DNA of 64,000 nucleotides from Chrysomallon squamiferum (Eukaryota > Animalia > Mollusca): contig CM022674.1 in NCBI GenBank assembly GCA_012295275.1, positions 868,001 to 932,000 of the forward strand. Reading direction: 5' to 3'. Each line of letters begins with the position of its first letter. Positions within the stretch are counted from its first letter, which is position 1. Positions 54,034-64,000 of this stretch are shown in pieces. Below the pieces are notes generated by a model, which saw only the letters and a program-made list of their open reading frames with translations, was not told the DNA's origin and did no database searches. Both the position numbers and the translations under genes were made by a program.

Positions 54034-54611
54034 AACTGCTATCTCCTCTAACTAGAGTAATGTGTAACAAAACAAACACTGTTATCTTTCTTCTAACAGG
54101 TCACGTTGTTCACAGCAAACTGTTTGAGTCGAAACAAAATTATTATTATTATTATTATGATTATGATTATTATTTTGTTGTTGTTGTTGTTGTTTTTCTT
54201 GTTTACGTTCGTTGGAGGCACCTGTATGCTGTATGTTAATAAAGATCGCAAATATTTTAAAATAAAAATGTCTGAACATTTTGTCCCTCTCATGAGGGGG
54301 TACCTGAAATGTAGGGACACCCATGAGGTCCAACAAAAGTGTCCCTACATCGCAGATTTCTCCTTATTATGATAACATTTACACGTAATTTTCTTTTGAC
54401 ATATTTATAATCTTCAGAATTGATAGCACAATCTTAAGATAGCGCAAATCGGCAAATGAAGTGGAACATATGAATTGTAGGAATGTGAACGAAAAACATT
54501 TTTTTTTTATGCCAAGACCAAAAATACAAAAGAAGAATATAAAATAACTTTTTCATATATACTGACTCACTTTAGATTAATAAAATTCACACATCAGTAT
54601 CTTATAAACAT

Positions 54612-54672
<61 letters not shown>

Positions 54673-55607
54673 AAAAATTGACATACGCTTAAACACTAAG
54701 CATAACCCAGAGATATACAGATACTGTGGGTGTAGACGTGTATGTGTGTATCTGTATGTGGATATGTGTATCTGTGTGTATCTTTGTCTATATCTCAGTC
54801 TTAAAGAACATTAAAAATTAAAATAACTAATGAAAGTTTGTGAAGGGTTATCTGACTGGTATGGACACCCATGGGATCCAGCAAAAGTTTTCCTACATCG
54901 CAGGTTTCCCCTTCATCAGAGAGACAAAGTTTACAGTGAATTTCCTTTCAACATATTTACAATCTTCAGATAGCGCAGATCGGAAAATTGCGCGGAACAC
55001 ATCCACTGCAGGAATTTGAATTCCATGTAAACCAAAAAAGACATTTTTCTAACCAAAAGTGAAAAAAACGAAATATATGTGGATATGTGTATCTATGTGT
55101 GTCCGTGTCTATATGTCAGTATTAAAGAACATCAACAATTGAAATATCTAATGAATGTGTGCAGATGTAAAATATTCAAAGTTCAAATCATGCTACAACT
55201 TCTTTCTAAGTCCATTTAAATTTAAAATCATCAGTATAATAGAATCATAAAAAAATACGTGTCAAATTAAAATCTACTCACTGAAATCCAGAAAAGTTTA
55301 AAAATCTACTTGTAGAACCAAACTGTTAGGTAGAAATCCACTTATTAAAATCCAAATAATGTTAAAAAAAAAATCTACTTTTGTACACAATATATTAAAA
55401 ATCCGTGCCAGATTAAAATTTACTTATTAAAATGCAGATAGTTAAAAGTCCACTTGTAGAAACAAACTAACGAAAATCCAGGTCTGTGTAACATCAGATT
55501 TTTAAAGATGTCTGTAAGCGGGGTGACAAATATTTAATAATTTTTTTCTTTCTCTAAACCACTGGGACATGCTGACTTTAGTTGCTTTTTTTCATCATAG
55601 GTAGGTG

Positions 55608-55655
<48 letters not shown>

Positions 55656-55695
55656 CTGATTTATACAAACAAACAAACAAACAAATAAATAAATA

Positions 55696-55784
<89 letters not shown>

Positions 55785-56106
55785 TATAAAAATCTGCAAA
55801 ATTAAAAACAAAATCAAATATAATAAATAAGTAAATAAATAAATAAGTAAATAAATCAAGAAATCAAGAAATGTCAAATTAAATAACAACAAAAATCTAC
55901 AAAATCCGTGGGTCCGAGAAAAAGTACCCTCATCAGAGAGAAAAAACATACAATTTTTTTTTTTATTGACGTATTTGCAGTCTTAAGAATGCACTATAGG
56001 AATATGAGGAAAAGAAAAGAAAAGAAAATGAAAAAAAAAAAAAAGCAAAAGAATGTGAAATGTATTTTACATAATTTTACAGAACAATAACTTATAAATA
56101 TGCTTT

Positions 56107-56161
<55 letters not shown>

Positions 56162-56243
56162 TAAACTAGTAGACTTATAAACTAGTTTACATTTAGGTGT
56201 GTTGTGTGTGTGTGTGTGTGTGTGAGTGTGTGAGTGTGTGTGT

Positions 56244-56286
<43 letters not shown>

Positions 56287-57020
56287 CTGTATTCATGAAA
56301 GGTAGATATAAAAAAGATGGAAATACATCAAACACTATGCACAACACAAACATACTAAGATGTTTTTGATGTATTATATCTACGTGTGTGTATGTGTCTA
56401 TACGCCAGCCTTAAAACACATTAAACATGAAAATATCGAACGAATATTTTTACATACAAAAAACTACCATCTCAAAACAGGATACAAATTCTTTCCAAAT
56501 CCGTGTAAATTTAAAATAATCAGTACAAATTAAAAATCAGTAACAATACCTGTCAAATTAAAATCTACTACCTAAAATCCAGAAAAACTTAAAAATCTAC
56601 TTGTTAAAAATCTACTTGTTAACAATCTACTTGTATATCCTAATTATTAAATATCCATGGCATATTAAAATCTTTCCACAGTGGACCCAATATATTATAA
56701 ATCTATGTCAAATTAAAATCTACTCACTAAAATCCACATAAAGTTAAAAATCCACTAGTTCTTTCCAAATTATTAAAACTCCATGCCAGATTAAGTCTAA
56801 CTATTGCAAGAGGGGGTGACAAGTATTTAAATCTACGTGTGAAATCCACTGGGGCATGCATAATGCAGCTGCATTTGTCAGCGCAGGCATTCAGTGTGCA
56901 TAAACGAACACGCAAGTGTGTGATACAATTGACAGAGGGAAACCAGCTAAAATACGTACAACATTTATATATGGAAAGGTATTATATGTAGATCAAAAAA
57001 TAAAAATAATTGAAATTTAT

Positions 57021-57080
<60 letters not shown>

Positions 57081-58570
57081 GTAAGTAAGTAAATAAATGA
57101 ATAAATTAGTAAATAAATAAATACATAAATAAATAAATAAATAAATAAGTAAATGAATAAATAAATAAGTAGAAAAAGAAAGAAAGAAAAAAGAAGGAAA
57201 AAAAAATGGTGCATATTTATTGTTCTTAGTACCTTTAGTGAAAGCATTAATGAAGGCAAATTGGAGTCCGTTTATATCTGCATTAATAACTTTAATGATT
57301 GCTTTACACCGATTATCACAACATCTTGAATATATTCTGTGGTATTTTCAGTCCAGTATATCACATGCAAATGAATGTATCAACTGATAGATGTACAGAT
57401 AATGATTTACGCAAGTGTATTGGTAAAGCTACATGTAAACATAAACATTGACAGATGATTAGAGAGAATGCTATTATGTTTAATAGACTTCCTTTTACCT
57501 GTATATTTTGTTATTTATAGAATATAACCTATTAGATATATTTTTACTTTTTATAAAATATACAGTCAAATTTATATGCCAGGTGTATTTTCTTATATAT
57601 GAAAAATACAGGTATATTTTGTTCATTTGTAAATTCTGCAGGTAAATTTAGATATCAGCTGTATTTTCTTAAATACAAAAAATACAGGTATATTTTGTTA
57701 ATTTATAAAATGTACAGGTAAATTTACATACGAGGTATATTTTAAATAAACAAAATATACCTGCATACATAACAGGTACATATTGCTATGTATACATATA
57801 TTTGGTTTATTTAAAACAGATAAAGGTAATTTTACAAATGACTGAGTTTACTTATTTATTCAAAAGTCGTATTTTAGTAATGCGTATGTATTCAGAGTTG
57901 TAGAAGTGTTCACAATTAAGCGATCGCATTAGTTTGACTGGAAGTTAAAATTTCAGTTGAACAACTGATACACATTATAATGCACATCCCAAGAATGCCC
58001 TATTGCCTAAAGAGAGAAACACCTTTTCCTACTGCAAAATATTATTTATATGCCGTATAGAAATATATATTTATTATGTTCACTCGTTTTATGGCATTTG
58101 ATTTATATTCTGCTTCCACAGTCCTTCCACCCCTTTTTTCTTTATTGCAAACGGCGTGTTTGAAAGAACTGCAAGGAGAATAATTGTTAATGAACGTCAG
58201 AACGTCTCATCCACGAAGTCGATTCATGGAAACACAGAAACACGCGTTCAAAGGGGATGTGTGAGAAATAGCGAATGTGTAGCAGACGTTCTGTTTGTTA
58301 TTCATTTATGTTTTCTAGTTGCACTGTCCATCACAAATCAACCGTTCGTCCAGTTGTCGTTGTGATTATTGTTGTTGGAGGTGCGGCTCTGTTTCCTTTA
58401 TACTCCAGATTACAGCCGAGAATCTGGTGAAAAAGAGAGATGGCATTCGTAAGTTAAACTTTCGAGAGATTTTTTTATTTTTTTTATTTACCTGCATTGC
58501 GTTTGAGAGTGATGGTTATTGAGAAATAATTAGGAATGTGACTGAATCTAAAATATCAGCATATTTTTTC

Positions 58571-58605
58571 AGTCATGAGATCAGATCATGTATGTATATA
58601 TGTAT

Positions 58606-58687
<82 letters not shown>

Positions 58688-58849
58688 TTTTAATCTTTAT
58701 TACCAATATTGTGTCACTGCTATTTAAACAAATAGGATACATACATACATACATACAGACATACAGATATATATATATATGTATGTATGTATGTATGTAT
58801 CCTATTTGTTTAAATAGGAATGATACAATATTGGTAATAAAGATTAAAA

Positions 58850-58924
<75 letters not shown>

Positions 58925-58978
58925 GTATGTATATATATATTTTTATATATATACATACATGATCTGATCTGATGACTG
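58571..58978. repeat. ~400-bp imperfect palindrome (inverted duplication)
   Basis: Left arm AGTCATGAGATCAGATCATG...(TA)n...ATAGTTTTAATCTTTATTACCAATATTGT...TTTAAACAAATAGGATACATAC is mirrored by GTATGTATCCTATTTGTTTAAA...ACAATATTGGTAATAAAGATTAAAACTAT...(TA)n...CATGATCTGATCTGATGACT. Confidence 0.85.
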
Positions 58979-58986
58979 TATGTATG

Positions 58987-59038
<52 letters not shown>

Positions 59039-59646
59039 TGTATGTATGTATGTATGTATGTATGTATGTATGTATGTATGTATGTATGTATGTATGTATG
59101 TATGTATGTATGTATGCTGCATGTTTAAACAGCAGTGATACAATATTGGTAATACAGATTAAAACTATAACCGATTCTGTTATCATTGTATTACGATCCG
59201 TTTCAGAAGCGTTTCGATGATTTTAGAAGTAGTGATGTTACTATTGTCACTGAGAAAGACAACAACAGAATCAAAGCAAACTAGCGTGGGATGCCATAGC
59301 CCGGTACAAAGCAAGTGTTTACCCCCCACCCCAGGAAAGTTAGCACTCCCCGGGCCCCGTCCACTTGTCTGGTTGTGAACTCTTAACCTTCTCGAAACAA
59401 AGTGCATAAAAAAAAAAAAAAAAAAATAGTGTAGTAAATTCAACTTACAATGTACTGCATAAATAAACAAACTGATTAACTAAGGAAAACTGTTTTTTTC
59501 TTGCGTAGGTGTTCTGTACTAACAGCATATATAGATATAGATATAGATATATACAAAATTTGTATAGAAATATTGGATTTGACATAGGTATGTCAGAAAA
59601 ATACTAAAGTATGAATAAATCAGTCTTATTTTTTTTTACATTCTAA

Positions 59647-59691
<45 letters not shown>

Positions 59692-59976
59692 TTTCTAACG
59701 TGTTTAATGTTTTCAGAGTAAAATATTTTTAGTTTGGGCCTAACAGTTTACAGTGAAGGTTAAAACTGAAGATAGAAAATAAAAAATAAAAATCTTTGAA
59801 TTTTCTTAAAGGACATAGAGATTTAATCGGTTTTCGTGTTAATGAAAGATACAGAGAGAAAAAGAAAGTTACACTTTTCATATTACTTGCTCTTCATCTT
59901 TTTGCTGAAACTATGAATTCTGGAAAAGAACATAATTCTTACTTAGAAACCAGAAAAAAATTAAAAATATATATAT

Positions 59977-60056
<80 letters not shown>

Positions 60057-60087
60057 TAATAATAATAATAACAATAATAACAACAAC

Positions 60088-60126
<39 letters not shown>

Positions 60127-60459
60127 TACAATAACAATAATAAAAAAACCAACTAATATTACAAGAATAAGTCATCGTTTCAGTGGCATGTGGGAATTAA
60201 TATTATTTAGTAAGATGGGGTTTTTTTTTCCAGTACGATGGGTAACCCAAAAGAGGTTTCGACATACCCGTGCAATCACTCCTCTGTCCAGCTGCTAAAA
60301 CAATGCTAAAAAAGCTAATAAAAATAATATCTGTACTGTCGTTGTATTACACATAGAAGCAGTAATTTCGAATTACTACAGTGAAGCAAAACACGGAAAG
60401 ATTTTTTAAAAAAAAGAGATTTTCTGTGCGACTGGAAACGTCACGCTATTTTTCGAAAA

Positions 60460-60493
<34 letters not shown>

Positions 60494-61001
60494 CTTAATC
60501 TGTGTTCCAAAGACATTTTTTTCTCCCTGGAGACCCGCCCATATGGCCCGACCAGGGAGAAAAAAATGTCGACCGCGGATTTAATTTTAAAACAAAAATA
60601 AATAAAATTCAGGTCTTAGTTCTCTGTTGGCACGCACGCACGCACGCACAAATACACACACATGCACCATATGGACACCCTTGAAAAAGCAGCGTCACCA
60701 ATACAGTTGACACGCGAGACAACAGAGTTAGCTCCCTTAGTTAAGAACTGATGTTATTTGTGAACGTGAAAGGAAAAAGAAGCAAAAGGGAAGCTACGGA
60801 AATGTAACCCAGTAAACAAGTCTGGTTTAGTGTCTCGATATATCCACAAGTCGGCTAACACGCGGATTTAATTTTAAAACAAAAATAAATAAAATTCAGG
60901 TCTTAGTTGGCACGCACGCACGCACGCACACATACACACACACGCACGCAAACATACACAGAGAGAGAGATTAGCAAAGTTCATTAGATCATTTATAATG
61001 C

Positions 61002-61054
<53 letters not shown>

Positions 61055-61719
61055 TAACAATGACGTTAATACTGATAATAATAATAAAATAATAATAATA
61101 AAACACACACACACACAACAACACAGACAGACGAAAAGACAGATTAGCAAAGTTCATTAGATCATTTATAATAAAATAATAATAAATAAAAATAATAAAA
61201 ATAAAACAAAACAAAAATAAAATTTTAATAATAAGATATTTAACAATGACGTTAATATTTTTTTAATTTTTTTAATAAAATAATAATAAATAAAAAAAAA
61301 TAAAATAAAATAATTATAAATAAACTTTTTTATTTTATTTTTTTTTTTTTAAAATAAAATAAATAAACTTTTACTTCAGATATTTACTTTTGTATTTTTT
61401 TTTTTTTTTTTTTATTTTTATTATTTTTTTTTATTTCGCCTTAAACAAGCCACTAATCTGTGACTGATATTTTTATTATTATTATTATTTTTTTATTTTA
61501 TTTTTTTCCCTTAAACAAGCCACTGATCTGTGACTGATTTTAACAAAACGTAAACTGCTCACAGTCACGTGACAACCACGGATGACGCATTCCAACACAA
61601 TGACTCACCCACTGCGCCACGTTGTTGTGATTTACGAAAAGATGTTACCTGCCTGTTACGTCTGCATTTTTACACAGGCTAACTACACCGTGAATGTTAC
61701 TGTCAGAAAAACTTTAAAA

Positions 61720-61858
61720 TAACAATAACAATAACAATAATAATAATATAGTAATAGTAATAATAATAATAATAATAATAATAGTAATAGTAATAGTAAT
61801 AATAGTAATAATAATAATAATAATAGTAAACGTTATAGTAATAATAATAATAATAATA

Positions 61859-61895
<37 letters not shown>

Positions 61896-62122
61896 GTAAT
61901 AGTAATAGTAATAATAATAATAATAATAGTAATAATAATAGTAATAATAATAATAATAATAGTAATAGTAATAATAATAATAATAGTAATAGTAATAGTA
62001 ATAATAATAATAATAGTAATAATAATAGTAATAATAATAGTAATAAAAATAATAAAGTAATAGTAATAATAATAATAATAGTAGTAATAGTAATAATAAT
62101 AGTAATAATAATAATAATAATA

Positions 62123-62161
<39 letters not shown>

Positions 62162-62164
62162 GTA

Positions 62165-62198
<34 letters not shown>

Positions 62199-62264
62199 GT
62201 AATAATAATAGTAATAGTAATAATAATAATAATAATAATAGTAATAATAATAATAATAATAGTA

Positions 62265-62318
<54 letters not shown>

Positions 62319-62335
62319 GTAATAATAATAATTAG
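61720..62335. repeat. (AAT/AGT)n microsatellite
   Basis: Direct observation. Confidence 0.95.
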
Positions 62336-63015
62336 AATAAAATATATTTTAAATAGCTGACATGTAAACTTGATTAAATAGGAATAATAAAAATATAATT
62401 GTTTATTTTTTTTATTTTTTTTTTTTTTTTATTTCACAGGATTAAAATGACAAATTTTTTATCTGTAAGAAAAATAACAACAACATGAAAAAACAAATAT
62501 GCTTTAATTAATACAGGACTAATACAAAATGTTATATTGTACATAAAGAAGAAGAGATGAACGTGTAAGCACTTCTGATGTCATTTCTTGTTTTTGTCTG
62601 TTGGCCCAGTTATATATTTAAAAAAATCAAATTTCAAATTTAAAAAGTGTGACTGTTAATTCTCTAAAATAATTTCCCACACACGTGCGCACAGAAAGGA
62701 GAAGAAAAAAGAAAAAAGAAAGAAAAAATGAAAAGCACGAATCATATCCACATACAATAAAGATAGCAAATGTGTGCTGTTTTAAGAAAATTTATTAATC
62801 GAAGTTTTGAAAATTCTGTATAAAAGAGTCTAACAATTAAAAAAAAATAAAAGTTCTCCACAGCAACGGACTTCCTCTCAAAAAAACAGGAAATAAGCCA
62901 AAAACAGGAAATCAGTCCAGAGGCGTCAAATCACGCAATCCTGGAAGTTTATAACTTCAATGACGTCATCCTGGACTTCATATGCCAGCCCATCACTTAA
63001 GGTGAAACTACGTCA

Positions 63016-63465
63016 TTACTTACAGAACTTCGTCACTAGGATGTTGACTACCAGTGACGATATGGTACCGATGAGCACGTTCGCACAACTCTGAAAGGTA
63101 AAATAAAACAGAAGTAGTCAGCAGCTGTTTGCTTATTCGTCCTGCTTATTATTTTATTTTACTCGTTTCTGCTAGAACAGTGATTCTCACTGTTTAGGGG
63201 TTAGTTATCTCTCCAACTAATGTGAGAATACTAGAGGTGCCTTAACACTTTGCTTTTATTAATACTCATAACCGTCATTAGACAATAAAAACATTTTCTT
63301 CTGTGACTGGTATAAAATTTAACCTAAGAGATGTCAGCCTTTAGAATTAATCGAAAAATAAAATAATAAAAAATATAAAAAAATTATTAATAAAATGGCA
63401 CTGAAAGAAACTTGAAATGAGAGACCATTGTTGAAATATATTCAAAAAAGTATTATAACATTTTG

Positions 63466-63497
<32 letters not shown>

Positions 63498-63628
63498 ATT
63501 TTATTTTTATGTGTGGTATTTTAGTGGAATTTTAAATCGGTGCACGACTGAAGGAACCGGACATTTGGTGTCGGTCTGTAATTGTTGTATAAGTTACAGA
63601 AGGAATATCTGTCTATCTGTCTATCTAG

Positions 63629-63673
<45 letters not shown>

Positions 63674-63793
63674 TGTGTGAACGTGTGTTCGTGTGTGTGA
63701 CTGTGTCTGTGCGTATGTTCGTGTGTATACTCACAGGTGTGGTTGTTGCAGTCGTGGTCGTGGGTGTTGTCGTGTTGGTATCACCACCCGCAA
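63016..63793 (-). CDS. Last two exons of an unrelated gene: Thr-rich stalk plus hydrophobic C-terminus (probable GPI-anchored surface protein); gene continues beyond the right edge
   Basis: Exon 63793-63735 (ttttcag|...|gtgagt) encodes xAGGDTNTTTPTTTTATTTP. It joins in phase 0 to exon 63090-63016 (ctttcag|), encoding SCANVLIGTISSLVVNILVTKFCK*. Minus-strand AATAAA at ~62791-62796. Confidence 0.65.
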
Positions 63794-64000
63794 CTGAAAA
63801 TATGTCACAAAAAGCATGTCACTCGTGAATCAGCAAACACTACCGCTTCCACTAGTATTATTACTATTACGACTATCCCCATTGCTCTACTAGAACTGCT
63901 AGTACTGTTATACTACATGTATTACTAATGTTACTAATACTTCTACAAGTATTTCTGCTGTTGGTGCTATTACAACTATCACAGAAATCATCATCATTAT

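Noticed and set aside
60960-61545. Short local direct repeats (AGATTAGCAAAGTTCATTAGATCATTTATAAT x2; CCTTAAACAAGCCACT.ATCTGTGACTGAT x2)
   Set aside because: They are embedded in A/T low-complexity sequence, probably from slippage or consensus noise, with no functional signal.

Overview
Eukaryotic (animal) genomic DNA, very AT-rich and full of microsatellites; probably an invertebrate such as a mollusc (inference from repeat content). It is not prokaryotic. Most listed ORFs are microsatellite artefacts. The main feature is a minus-strand tandem array of five paralogous 8-exon genes (A partial, B, C, D, E). Each encodes a ~385-430 aa type II membrane protein with a DUF1647-like domain (VTAASSNHF..., YDLGL, CxCEFRxFPF...Y[AT]WK, WTD[AST]S, CHRFDQ), probably a GT-A-fold Golgi glycosyltransferase-like enzyme. 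I rebuilt all exons by hand from GT-AG sites and consistent phases. The paralogues differ in several ways: substitutions cluster at putative catalytic-site loops, symmetric stem exons are lost (B) or duplicated (C), there are two N-terminal tail types, an intronic CRE (TGACGTCA) VNTR varies in copy number, and copy E carries a frameshift. Also present: a collapsed pseudogene remnant, three co-duplicated Penelope-like GIY-YIG fragments, a probable false duplication around a 200-N gap, a ~400-bp palindrome, and the 3' end of an unrelated Thr-rich, probably GPI-anchored gene at the right edge.
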